A stretch of 63,745 bases of DNA, filler included, from Klebsormidium nitens (Eukaryota; Plantae; Klebsormidiophyceae): NCBI GenBank assembly GCA_000708835.1. It is 6 parts of 6 records of this genome, joined end to end, with 100 filler letters (N's around TTAATTAATTAA, not from the genome) between each part and the next. Parts side by side here need not be neighbours in the genome. Positions count along the whole stretch, not along the records: positions 1 to 3,548 come from DF238568.1; positions 3,649 to 16,567 come from DF238079.1; 4 more parts are not named here. One strand, 5' to 3'. Below the pieces are notes generated by a model. That model had not been told where the DNA came from, did no database searches, and worked only from the letters and a program-made list of their open reading frames with translations. Position numbers and translations under genes: made by a program. Below are positions 1-11,059 of the stretch, in pieces (the stretch's first letter is position 1; every line of letters starts with the position of its first letter).

Positions 1-2326
1 TGAGAAGCTTCGCATGGTTTCCGCACATGTGAAGTAGACAGGCAGCGTGTGACCCTGTCCAACCGTCACAGCGTTCGTTCAAAGAACGGTGACTTGAGAT
101 TTGCGGAGCCGCACCATGTTAAATGGTTGCTTCGCACCATGATACTGCTGTATATGCGCGCTCGTTTAACATGCATGCAAAGAGTGAAAGGTATGATCAA
201 GGTGCACGTGCTTGGGCCCAAGCTTTCCGATCATCTTTGACAAGGATAATGTCGCCCAACAAATGATATCCACCGATACTAGCAATATTTGGTGCTCGTA
301 TGGATGCGATGAATTCAGCAGAATCATTGTTGTCACATCGAAATTAGAGTATGCCAAGTTGGATCATTCGTACATGCCACGCACAAGGCTTGCTTTCTGA
401 AATGAGAGCAGTCCAGAACAATGGGATCCCTCATGTATCCTTCGCAAAGAATGGATCCGAAAGGGCTTCATGGCACATACAAGCGAGCTCAAGATTCAAA
501 CTTGTAGCCTACTCTTGAATCTCGATCAGTCGAAGAGTGTACTATCGGTCGGTTGTCAACTCGCCAGTCTCCTGTGACTTAGTTTGCTTTGGCAACACCG
601 TAGCTACAACCGTCTTCTCCTCCTGCCGTGGCCCAATCTGCAAGGATGCATCAAGGCGGCATTTGCTTATCATGTCCGAGTCGTTACTTGGAAGCGGCAA
701 AACCAATGAATGAAGCAGCCCGAAAGAGGCACCAAATATCAGGGAAGCAGCTCATTCTAACGACACTGACTGAAAGGAGCTCACTAAAAGAGGTAAAGTG
801 ATGGCTGCAGAACAGTGGATGAGATCCGACTGGTTCGATAGCAACCCGGAGATCCAACGGCAGAAGTTACTACATCAGAAACGATCATATGCCACGGGTG
901 TTTGATTCTGGCGGACAAGTGAGCCGAGCAGGACACCCCGAGGACAGCTTAACCTGCCAAGCCGACTGCCAAAAAAGGACGAGAGAAGAAACTTGAAGGA
1001 GGACAGATATTGCTGCTTCCAACATGTTCGATGCACAAGCATGCCAACTCACCAGAGTCCCCCTGTATGAGAACTGGAACTTTCGAGGTGCATCGTCCGC
1101 ATGGAACTCCACAATTTGCTCGCGCACGTACGTGAGCGTATCTTTCAGGAGCAGATTGTCGATTGTGAAAGAGGCGTTGCCTTCCTCGGTGAAAACATCC
1201 AGCGACGCCTCCTCGGCCACTGCGGTTGCAAGGCTGGAAATAACTCAGTTGAAGACTATCTAACCGTTTGTTCAGATCAAAATATCGAAATATATCTGCA
1301 ACACCAATGAGCAGAATGATTCGTTCCAGCTCTTGTTCAAAGACAGCGGCAAGGCACCAAACTGCTAAGCCGGAGCCGATCAACAAAGCCCAATAATCTT
1401 GCATGTTATGAATACACTTTGCAGACACTGGCTCTGTTAATCCATGCATCTGATAAAGAGAGTGCCCAGTTCTGACGAGAATGGCAGAGTGACAACACAC
1501 CTTATTCACAACCAACGCAGATACCAGCCATCGCACGAGCGAAAGGAGAGACAAAAAGAGAAAGCCCACTCATCAAAACATGCTGCCATGATAGAAGAGT
1601 GAAGGCAGACAAGACCCACCAGAAGCAACACCACAGGGGTCACGTCTTCATTGCACTTTCAGCTTCGAAAACCACATTTTGGAAAGCACCCTTCTCAAAT
1701 TCCCCAGAATTGAACTGAGCGGGTCGCTTTAAAAGGAATCAATCCTTGCAGAAAGTTAACTCTGACAAACGCCGACCAACAGAATGACTCGCTGCTCAAT
1801 CACAGGTTGATAGAAAAAGGGCTTCTCACCCTCGTAGTGATCGTCTTGCGGCGTCCAGCAGTACCTGACCTCAAGTGGCATCATCAGGTCCCTCGTATAC
1901 TTGTACCTGCTTTGCTGGAGGCTGAGGTACAGCATACACCTCTCAATGTGATACCTGCGCAACATTCTTTCAACATCTTAGATACTTGATTGAAGATGGC
2001 AAAGTAGTGGACCAGCAGATGTGCTTCAAGGGGCGCGAGAAGCAAGGCAAAGAATGTGTACAGGCCAGCTATCATTGGCAGTGGGTCACATCCTTTTCTA
2101 AAGCAAGAGTGCGGGCTCTTTCTGAAGTTTCGAAATGGCTGATGAGCTCCACGAGTTGGTGAAGTTCACGGATTGTGCGCTTGGCGTGAACCAGCAGACA
2201 GTAAAGTTCGTACCCTGTGCAGCTCAAGGGGTTCAAAGAAACTAAGTTGCTATAGGATCTGGATTGTAATCAAGAGCTGGTATTGAGCGAAGCCAACATG
2301 CACGCAACAGAGACCTGTTCATGTGC

Positions 2327-3226
2327 TTACGTCTCCCACTCACCTTCCCACCAGCGATTCCCTCTTGACTCTGGCCTGATTGATTTCAGGTCAGCGTTCA
2401 GGTTCCTAAGATCCCAGTGCTCCCCTAGCAGGTTGTCAAAAGCACGGCAGAGAACGCCTTTGTTCCACACCAGATATGTAGTGCCTATGCGAGAGCATGG
2501 GGCCGCTTCGAGCAGGTGGGGAATGGCTGTGATGGGGATAGCAACCTTTGCAGTCCGTTGATGAGCCCCTTGCGACGGCCGCAGAGTCAAAATGACTGAT
2601 TTGGCAATCATTTTACAAAGCTGTGACCACGTGACATCAAGGTTGTCACAGCGTGGCCAATCAGAGGGAGTCGGCTGCTGGCTGACAGGAACCAGCTTTC
2701 GCTCTGCGACGACGAGCTCATGACAGCAGTAAAAGCGGCCGCTTACTGCTAGTTTCTGAGGGGTTAGCGGGGGATAGGTAGCTGCAGCAAGTGACTTGGA
2801 AAGGATCTCAACCTTCCCAGAGACTGCCTCTGCAGGTATCCAGGAGGTCGAATCTGAGCTATAAAGCTCGTTGGCTGCATGCTCGGCTGGAGGCTTCACG
2901 CCCTCCTGCAATAGATTGTTCTGCGTGTAGAACCATTGCACCAAGAGCTCAACACCCGTTGCAGTATGGCAGAATTCTTTGATGATGCCCACAAAATCTG
3001 TGGCTTGACCCCAGGATTTGCGGTCAGCAGCTTCGGGTGAAATTGTGACCGCTGTCCCGATATCAAGGACCGTGTGGCGGCTTCTGATCCCAGTCTGAGG
3101 GTCTGCATTGCTGATGACGTGATACAAGGAGCTCATGGTAGCCCCTCCTGAACGAGGCAACAAGATAGGTACGGTAGAAGGCTGAAGCCTCAGAAGGAGA
3201 CAGAGACAATGCGCCAGAACTCTCAA
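2327..3226 (-). CDS. ORF containing a BAH (bromo-adjacent homology) domain at about 2670-3070; gene boundaries uncertain
   Basis: VGIIKEF..VELLVQWFYTQ..ANELYSSDSTSWIPAEAVSGKVEIL..FYCCHE follows the BAH pattern (V.WFY, NEL..SD, I.GK..V). Confidence 0.6.
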   Translation of the reverse strand: MRVLAHCLCLLLRLQPSTVPILLPRSGGATMSSLYHVISNADPQTGIRSRHTVLDIGTAVTISPEAADRKSWGQATDFVGIIKEFCHTATGVELLVQWFYTQNNLLQEGVKPPAEHAANELYSSDSTSWIPAEAVSGKVEILSKSLAAATYPPLTPQKLAVSGRFYCCHELVVAERKLVPVSQQPTPSDWPRCDNLDVTWSQLCKMIAKSVILTLRPSQGAHQRTAKVAIPITAIPHLLEAAPCSRIGTTYLVWNKGVLCRAFDNLLGEHWDLRNLNADLKSIRPESRGNRWWEGEWET

Positions 3227-3548
3227 ATCACCTTGGACGGTGGTCCCATGAAATTTGAATTATCACTGATAGGAATCCTCCTATCCTGGCAGGAAGCTGC
3301 GCCGCTGAGGGCTGACCTTGCTCTGTGAGGAGCCGCACAATTCAAATTTCTTGGTTATCTAGAGATTGTTATGTTATGAATCTACTTTGAGGTCTGGATT
3401 CAGCCCTTAACATGGTGCTTGATACTTGGTTGACGGCTTCTAACCCAAAATGTTTGCCGCATTGAATGCACGGCGCCCCGCCAAGATATCCAGATCTGCT
3501 TGACGTCATAGCTTTTCAATTTGCGAGTTTGGCCGTCGTGCCCTCAGA

Positions 3549-3648
3549 NNNNNNNNNNNNNNNNNNNNNNNNNNNNNNNNNNNNNNNNNNNNTTAATTAA
3601 TTAANNNNNNNNNNNNNNNNNNNNNNNNNNNNNNNNNNNNNNNNNNNN
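3549..3648. other. Artificial contig linker N44-TTAATTAATTAA-N44
   Basis: Identical 100-nt spacer occurs five times; it has stop codons in all six frames. Confidence 0.97.
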
Positions 3649-3660
3649 ACATGTTAGCTG

Positions 3661-6600
3661 ATCGTGTGTAGTTATCCTGCCAGCTCTCTGCATATAGCTG
3701 GCCAACCATAACATAACAGCCCGAACAATTATGATGCTTTGGGCGGTATCTGGGGTCTAAGTATTGGGAGTCAGACACTGAATTCTATGGCAAACGGACG
3801 CTTTGGTATAGGAACAACAACGCCTGCAGCAACTTTCGATATCGTGGGTAGTCTGAAAGCATCTACAGATGCCACGATCGGGGGGACGTTGACCGCTACC
3901 GCCTTGTCAGGAAACCACAGCAACAACACCGTCTTTTGTGGACTCATTGGTGTCGGGAACAGCAGCCCCGCTAACTCGCTGGACATCATAGACTCTAACA
4001 GTTCAATCATAAGTCTGGTGGAGTACAATTCAGTCGACGGAGCTGTGCTAAGGTGCAAAAGAGCGAGAAGACTACCGTCAGCACCCTCTAACCTTTCCAA
4101 TAACGACGTCATCACGGGTCTGAGAAGATTTGGTTATGGGAGCAACGTTGGCTTTGTCCGAAACGTGGGGATCGACATGCTAGCGGCAGAGAATCAGCTG
4201 CTAGGTTCTAACGGGACTTACATAATATTCCAAACAACAGCTTGCAACACGAGCACTTTGACAGAAAAAATGAGACTGACAGACGCTGGGCGTGTAGGAA
4301 ATGGCACTACAAACCCTGCTTCGGCTCTGGACGTGAGCGGGACAATCACCGCTACCACCCTGCAAGGCTCGTTGGCGTGGTCTTACCTCACTGGAACGCC
4401 CGCTCTTCTTTCCAACACATCGAGTCTTCCTTTCACAAGCCTGACATCAGTGCCTGCCTTATGCTCGAACAACGGAGGTATTTTGACGCTTTCTGGGACT
4501 TCAACCTATCTAGACATAATAGGGACAGGAGGAGAGACCCGTGTTTACTGTCACAGCGACGGCGTTTCATACTTCCAGCATCAAAACAACCTTATCTTCT
4601 CGACCATCGGTGGGATTACTCCTCAAGTTGTAATGTCAAATAACGGTTCAATGTCTATAGCATCAAACCTTAGCGTGGGCAGCAATCTCGGCATCGGAAA
4701 AACTCCTGCTTACCCTCTCGACGTAAACGGGACTGCTGTTGCGACCACATTCGCGGGTAACCTTGCGTAGGGCTATCTTTCATCCGTGCCTTCCGGCTTA
4801 CTCTCTAACAACGGTGCTATAAACACAGCAACCGTTTCCAATCTTACGATTGCCACTTCGCTTTCGAATTCTGGAAACTTAGTGCAGAAAAACACGACTG
4901 ACTTCAGTATGTCAGGGGGGGCGCATCAGTGGGCATACTCAGCAGCCGACACAAGTCCTATGTATCAACAGCTAAATTGGGGTCATAACAACATTTCATT
5001 GAACTTCGACTCCTACTACAACAACAATTGGTTTTCATCCTCAGGCACAGGTTCGTATCAGATATATAAGGTGCAGAATCAACTGCAATTTAACTATGCT
5101 ACGTACTCTAACACCAGCAACATATCAACTTGGAATTCCGGATTGACCTTAGACCTCTCTGGAAATGTCTCGGTAAATAACGATGTCTTCACAACTTCAA
5201 ACGAGATAAGAGCTGTCGGCAATAACACTTGTCAACTTCGCTGGACTAATCCGCTTCTTGGCGGCAGCTCGTGGATGTACCGATGGGACTCGAGCCAACT
5301 TTATCTACTATTTACTGGATTTTCGAATGCCAATGGATCATGGAATTCTATCCGCCCTACTTGGTATAACACAAGCGGAGACGTATTCCACGCGAACGGT
5401 CAAGTTTCGATAGCCCACACGACAGGATATGTGTCAGCCCCTCAGTTTGTCGGTGCGGCAGAGTGGTCGAACCTCTTGAACGTTCCGGCAAGTCTCGCAA
5501 GTAATGCGTCGGCACTCACCAGCCTTACCGTCTCCAATCTTGTCTGTTCGAATATAGGAATCAATCTCACGAATCCAGTATACGCTCTCGATATTGCTGG
5601 GTCGATCTACGTTAGACCTCCGACAGGTCTGACCTTTGCTAGTCAGACGATCGGGCAATCGACTTTAGCTATAGGAGGAAATATCGATCTGGTTGGGTCT
5701 AACTCCGCGTACACGAGACTCGCCTCTCTAGGATTCGATGGGACGTCCGTTCTCACGCACTCCAATGCATTCCACATCTGCAGTCCTGGAACAACTCAAT
5801 ATCAGTTCTCTGTTCTGACTGATGGGAAAGTGGGTATCTCAAATACAAGTCGTCAAGAGAGGCTTCACGTTTCGAGCGGAAACATTAAGAGTGATAGCAA
5901 TGTCTATGTAATGAGGCGGCTCGGAATCATGACGAGCAACCCGAGTTATTGTCTGGACGTTGGTTCAAACAGCATATTCAGAGGGCAGACTCAATTAAAC
6001 TACTCGGTAGATACCACTACGTTTCTTCAAGGTGCAATCCAAGTATTTAGTACACAAAATACATGGGCGGGCATGATAGAATCCTCGTATGGAGTGAATG
6101 ATCGATACTGCTTTGGTCAAGGTGCTAACGGAACTACTTTCATTGCTACAAGCGGATCGTATGCTCCGTCAACGATCAAATTTGGAGTAACTAATGACTC
6201 AAACACCACAAATGGGTTTTTACCGTTTACCACAATGGATCATTACGGCGGCTGGACGTATAATGATAGCAATCAGTTAAACTACGCAAAGATAAACAGT
6301 AATTACGTCGCATTTGGATCCTCCACTGTAAGCGGAGTGACGGCCTGTAATTTGGGTGTGGGAAGTTTCATGCGAACTAGCCCCTACACGGCTACGTCTG
6401 CTCTGAACTACACTATCCCGTGGTCAGAGCTGGTTGGAACTTCAAGTAATTGCTGTCTTGATCTGACTATCTTCTACAAGAATAATACCATCAACAGTCC
6501 AAGCACTATGACGACGTCGGTGCTAGCTAAGTACTCAATAGTGAAAGGATACGGAGGGACAGCTACCATGTCTCAATATCATCTAGCCGCTGTCGGTAAC

Positions 6601-6696
6601 GGCACACTGACTTCGGCTGCGGTCGTGTCCGGAAACCTGTCTTTTAACTTTACTTGTAACGGCTGGGTCTCTTACCACTGCACAGGATTTGCTTAA
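3661..6696 (+). pseudogene. Viral fibre/spike protein of about 1000 aa, interrupted by in-frame stops at 3709 (TAA) and 4768 (TAG); 5' end probably beyond contig
   Basis: ORFs 3739-4770 and 4786-6696 are in the same frame. Repeated G.(V/I)GIG...P...LDV.G fibre motifs; Ser/Thr/Asn/Gly-rich beta repeats. Confidence 0.8.
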
Positions 6697-6724
6697 CCCG
6701 GGAAAAGAATCTCCTCTTACCTTA

Positions 6725-7387
6725 ATGAAATCCTTCGAAGAGTGTTGCGAGGAGTGTCAAGAGCAGAATCCCTTCTTTCGCCTCGGTGGTAATGTAGTGG
6801 GTAAGTTCGCCTACACGAGAGACACACCGTTCATTCAGCCCTTCGAAAGCATCGAGAGCCCTTGGACGGACTACATTAAGAGCGACAGCCTCGAGACAAA
6901 CATAAAGAAGTTGTATAAGTTGGCTCAGAAGTATTCGAAAAGCCAGACTGAGAAAGACAAGAAGGCGGAGGAGGAATCACCGGGAGAGGAAGAGGAAGAG
7001 GAAGTTAAGCCAAAGCCAAAAGCAACCGCAAGGAAAGAGAAAGCAAGCGCAAAAGCAGCCGCACCGAGGCCAAAAGCTAAAGGAAAAGAAAAAGTGATCA
7101 ATTTAGACGAGTCTGATGAGGAAAAGGAAGAGACGCAAAAGACGCAAGGTATGCTTACAAGAGCACAATTTGAAGTTCTTCAAAGTAGGTGGAAATCTAT
7201 CAACGCATCTAACCGACTTACTAGGGTTGAAAAGCAAGAGCTTGTGGTGATGGCTGCAAAGTTGGGTGTACTAACAGAAAGCAAGAAAGGATTTCGAAAT
7301 GTAGATCGACACCTCTACAAAAAATTGAATGACAAGTTTGGCACAAACTTCTCGCCAAAGAAATCAGGTATGCGAATGAAGAGGTGA
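6725..7387 (+). CDS. PLV hypothetical protein (Glu/Lys-rich linker, small helical C-terminal domain)
   Basis: Long ORF packed between fibre and MCP; ATG at 6725. Confidence 0.7.
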   Translation: MKSFEECCEECQEQNPFFRLGGNVVGKFAYTRDTPFIQPFESIESPWTDYIKSDSLETNIKKLYKLAQKYSKSQTEKDKKAEEESPGEEEEEEVKPKPKATARKEKASAKAAAPRPKAKGKEKVINLDESDEEKEETQKTQGMLTRAQFEVLQSRWKSINASNRLTRVEKQELVVMAAKLGVLTESKKGFRNVDRHLYKKLNDKFGTNFSPKKSGMRMKR

Positions 7388-7428
7388 AATCAACGGCTAA
7401 ATAATTATCTGAACCCAAATTATAAAGC

Positions 7429-8652
7429 ATGTCGTATCCTTCCGTCCTTAAGTACTATCTTGAGAAGCTCGACAACGTTTCTAGGAATACTTTCCTCCTG
7501 TACCCCCAGACGCCTCAAACGGCTTATGCTGGGGACACGATCTCCATTACCCTTCCTGAGAACAGCATCGTGAACCTGGATGCTTTCACGCTGTATGCTG
7601 GCCTGAACACACCCATTGGAACATGCCCACCAAGGCACGTCGAGTCTTTGATTGATCAGGTCACGGTGCTCGTGAACGGTATTGCTGTTGCTCCCGGAGC
7701 TCAAATGACCAACTTCCTGTCGACCGCTCTCATCGATTGGTATGGTGCTGACAAGATCGCTCAGAGGCAGGTGATGCAGTTGGGCGGCGATGTCACCGCT
7801 CCTCCAGATGCGACTCACCCTGTAGCAGCAACGGGACAAAACGCCTTGCCGATTGCAATCTCTCACTTCCTTGGATTCCTGTCCAGCGCGCAACCCAGGT
7901 ATTTGGACACTTCTATCCTTGGAAGCGTCCGCCTGCAGATAAAATTGGCTAGTCAGGCTGTCCTCCCCACATATACTGGAATAGCTGGTGCATGGTATTT
8001 GACTGCTATTCAGGCTCTTTGCCAAGTGGTCAGCATTGATGATGGCTCTTACTCTCAGATTGTGCAGCAGAGGCTGAGCAACGGAGGGGTTAAGATCCCC
8101 TTCAAGTATTACTTGAACTTCCAGGGCAACGCCGGTACTGCTGCGCAGAACCTGAGAATGACCGTCAGCTCTCAAAGCGTCGACGGTATCTGGGCTACCT
8201 TCCAGGACTCGGGCACTTACACCACAAATGCTACCGATGCGGTTCTCCGCAACACTGCTTACTTCACGAGGAAGGGCACGAACGTGACGGACTCCGTCTT
8301 CTCAGTGAATGGAGTCCGCTTCCCATCCCTCCCCCTTACACCCAGTCAGATCTGGATGGAGAATTTGCACAACATGGGTCTGTCTGCGGACATTGTTGGT
8401 GCGATGGACACCTCCCTGAACTCCCTGACAAAGTTCACCCAAAACGGTTTCTTCCACTATTTCAAGTTCAACGTGGACAACGATGAGAGCACGGCCAGGC
8501 TCAGCTCTGGACTGGACACCCGTGGTTCGGCTTCCACGATCACCTGGCAGACGACTGGTGGGGGCTCTAGTACCTACCTGCCGACGGTCTTCGTGGAGTG
8601 CACGGGAATTATGGAGGTGGGTCCGAATAGACAGGTCTCGGTGGTCTGGTAA
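7429..8652 (+). CDS. Double-jelly-roll major capsid protein, PLV type (resembles PgVV/Gezel-like MCPs)
   Basis: 407-aa intact ORF. N-terminus YYLEKLDNVSRNTFLLYPQ..AGDTISITLPENSIVNL, then LIDQVTVLVNG, FSVNGVRFP and C-terminal SGLDTRG..ITW..VFVECT.IMEVG are typical PLV MCP motifs; TATAAA directly upstream. Confidence 0.88.
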   Translation: MSYPSVLKYYLEKLDNVSRNTFLLYPQTPQTAYAGDTISITLPENSIVNLDAFTLYAGLNTPIGTCPPRHVESLIDQVTVLVNGIAVAPGAQMTNFLSTALIDWYGADKIAQRQVMQLGGDVTAPPDATHPVAATGQNALPIAISHFLGFLSSAQPRYLDTSILGSVRLQIKLASQAVLPTYTGIAGAWYLTAIQALCQVVSIDDGSYSQIVQQRLSNGGVKIPFKYYLNFQGNAGTAAQNLRMTVSSQSVDGIWATFQDSGTYTTNATDAVLRNTAYFTRKGTNVTDSVFSVNGVRFPSLPLTPSQIWMENLHNMGLSADIVGAMDTSLNSLTKFTQNGFFHYFKFNVDNDESTARLSSGLDTRGSASTITWQTTGGGSSTYLPTVFVECTGIMEVGPNRQVSVVW

Positions 8653-8689
8653 ACAGTTTGATTTTTATTGTGTTTCTAATGTATAAAGA

Positions 8690-9100
8690 ATGGCAGTCGC
8701 GTTTAAGACCCCCCTGGCTAACATGTTCCCTGAGAAGCTGAAGCCTAGTGAGCAGCCCCAAACAGCCCCCAAAAGTAATCGCAACCTTCCGAAAGTCGTT
8801 CGCATGCCCGTGGAAACAGATTATGACGAGCTAGCACAACCCGAAGACAAGCTGGCATGGAATCTGCCGTGCAAGACTGATCTATATGGCAACTCGCTAA
8901 CCATGATCGACCAAAAGAAAAACATAGCTCCTGCAAACAAGATTGGCTATAAGGAGCTTCCTGACCTGAGCCTTCCAGATCTTACGCAGACGAACGTGAG
9001 CGGATTCACCTGCTTGACTGGCTCGACGGCTGCCCAGCGTGGGGAGAAGCTTATTGTCAATGTTCCTCCTGTGGAGAAGCGCTGGAACACCCAGATTTAA
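8690..9100 (+). CDS. PLV hypothetical protein (136 aa)
   Basis: ATG preceded by TATAAAGA; directly downstream of MCP. Confidence 0.7.
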   Translation: MAVAFKTPLANMFPEKLKPSEQPQTAPKSNRNLPKVVRMPVETDYDELAQPEDKLAWNLPCKTDLYGNSLTMIDQKKNIAPANKIGYKELPDLSLPDLTQTNVSGFTCLTGSTAAQRGEKLIVNVPPVEKRWNTQI

Positions 9101-9191
9101 CTTATATATTCACCCTTCAGAAGCTCTCCCTCGCAAAACCTGTCAGAAAGAACAGAGAATACAGTCATTTTTTTTTCTTTATTGAATGTAG

Positions 9192-9830
9192 ATGTCTGAC
9201 ACGTCTATAGAGCCCATCGAAGAGGTTGCGGAAACCGTCGAAGAAACAGTGGAAGCTCCCGCCGCAGCCGCGACAGGGAAGGTTAAGAAGCCCTGCAGCC
9301 CAGAAAAGCTAAAGCAGATGGCTTTAATGCGCGAGAAAGCCAAGCTAAAAAAACAAGCAATGAAGGAACTTACCGAGAAGGAAAAAGCCCTAAAGCAGAA
9401 AACATTCGAAGAGCGAGTTAAGAAGGTGCAAGCTTTGGAGAAGGCATTTGAACCTGAACCTAAACCTAAACCTAAACCTGAACCAAAGGCACCCGAGCCT
9501 GCGCCTTTAGAGGAATCTGAGGCAGAAGTTGAGGTGGTCAAAGTTAAAAAAGTAAAGAAACCTAAAAAGGTTAAGAAGGTCATTTATGAGTCTGATTCAG
9601 ATTCGTCTGCATCTTCCGAGAGCGACGATGATGCTCCATATGTTCAGCGCAAGCAAAAAAGAAGATTTCAGAAGACTGTCCGAAAGGAGGTAGCCAAGGA
9701 GATGGCTAAGTTAACTGCTGCCAGACCAACACAACGAGACATTATGCAGGTTGCTGCTCGTGACGAACTTAACTCGAAGGTTTCGAAGGCGATGCGGGAG
9801 ATGGCGATGCGATCGGTGTTTCCTGAATAG
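9192..9830 (+). CDS. PLV hypothetical Lys/Glu/Pro-rich coiled-coil protein (212 aa)
   Basis: Long ORF with strong charged low-complexity composition; fills the space before the convergent ATPase. Confidence 0.7.
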   Translation: MSDTSIEPIEEVAETVEETVEAPAAAATGKVKKPCSPEKLKQMALMREKAKLKKQAMKELTEKEKALKQKTFEERVKKVQALEKAFEPEPKPKPKPEPKAPEPAPLEESEAEVEVVKVKKVKKPKKVKKVIYESDSDSSASSESDDDAPYVQRKQKRRFQKTVRKEVAKEMAKLTAARPTQRDIMQVAARDELNSKVSKAMREMAMRSVFPE

Positions 9831-10699
9831 TTTCGAGCAAAATCTTGTTATCCCAACATTGCCTGAACATTCTATTTCTATCTTTTGAATCGTAATCCAC
9901 AAACAGAAAGTCGTGAGGCTTCTGGCAGGCTTGCGTCCAGGCTTCCAATACCTCCTCGGCGGTTGCTTTGGATGCCAATTCTTCCGCAATCGACTCCTTG
10001 AGTTTATCGGATTTCGTATCGAAAAGTACCCAGCAGCTGACATTTCCCCGGACACCTCTAGGGATACCGTTGGTTAACACCTGACTTGCCATGATAACAG
10101 TGCAAGAGTGATGCCTGTGCAGAAGGATAAAGTTCACAAAAGCCCCACGCATGGTTTGGCTGAACATCTTCTTGTCTGCCACACAATCATCTACCACTAC
10201 ACAGAAAGATGGGAAGCCATGCTTGTAGATTGTTTTGGGTGCTTCGAAGTCAAGGCCATACAGCAAAGCTATGTCATCATTGCTCAGCGAATCTATGTTC
10301 TTGCATTTCAGGAAGCGCTTCCATGCCTCCAATTCCTTCAAATACTTTTTGTATTCATCGACCTCGTGTACCATGTAGGCCATGATGTCTTTAAACCCTT
10401 CCTCTTTATACCCTGGAATCACTTCGATACATAAAGTTGCGAGGCTCCTCCGTCAAGCAAGCCGTCTTGGGGTCTCTGGTAAAGGTAGGAGAAATAACGA
10501 AGACCTTGTCATAAGACTTTGCTGCGTCATACATAAGAAGCCACTCACATATCCTTGTCGTTTTGCCTTGGCCACGAGAGCCAACCAGCGCCACCAGCGG
10601 GTGAAGGGCAGGCATGTACTCAGGCACTTTGCGGTCTCCATACGGCAGCTTGTTGTTCTTGATGTCCACCTTGGAGATAGGAAGTCGTTCCGTCTTCAT
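9769..10699 (-). pseudogene. A32/FtsK-HerA-type genome packaging ATPase, split by one frameshift near 10425-10450
   Basis: Walker A VALVGSRGQGKT in the 5' frame. Walker B CVVVDDC, HRH and the ASQ motif are in the +1 frame. Start ATG at 10699 is preceded by TATAATAAAA. Confidence 0.9.
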
Positions 10700-10723
10700 T
10701 TTTATTATATCAGCACATATAAA
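10700..10723. promoter_or_regulatory. 24-bp AT-rich bidirectional promoter/start region
   Basis: TATAATAAAA-ATG on the minus strand (10699) and TATAAA-ATG on the plus strand (10724), back to back. Confidence 0.6.
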
Positions 10724-11040
10724 ATGGTAGCAGACAAGGTCAAAGAAGAGTGGATTAGTGCTATGTGCCGGGATCATCCTAGGCTTCCTTGAAGGTTTGT
10801 GGTAGAGGAGCTGGCAGAACCTATGCGTTAGATGACGGGGAATGGTTGCGAGAGAACAAGAAGAAGGGTGAGAAGTTTTCAAGGAAGCAGGCAAAGAAGA
10901 GCAAGGGAAAAGAGATGGTGGCAGAGCAAGACCCAGACAGGTTCAAGATTGTGGGCGCGATCGAGGTGGAGGCAGCTTCCGAACAGGAGCTAAGTGATGA
11001 CTTTGAAAAGGTGTCGATAGAGGAGATCACTGAAGATTAA
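10724..11040 (+). pseudogene. Small PLV protein broken by TGA at 10790 and a 1-nt frameshift near 10820
   Basis: TATAAA-ATG start; MVADKVKEEWISAMCRDHPRLP*RFVVEELAE then YALDDGEWLRENKKK..ITED* in the neighbouring frame. Confidence 0.5.
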
Positions 11041-11059
11041 AATGTCTGATTAACTTAAA

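Noticed and set aside
7429-8652. Intact MCP amid broken genes suggesting host domestication
   Set aside because: With roughly 9-10 lesions in about 12 kb, a 1.2-kb gene escapes by chance about 40% of the time; several other ORFs are intact too
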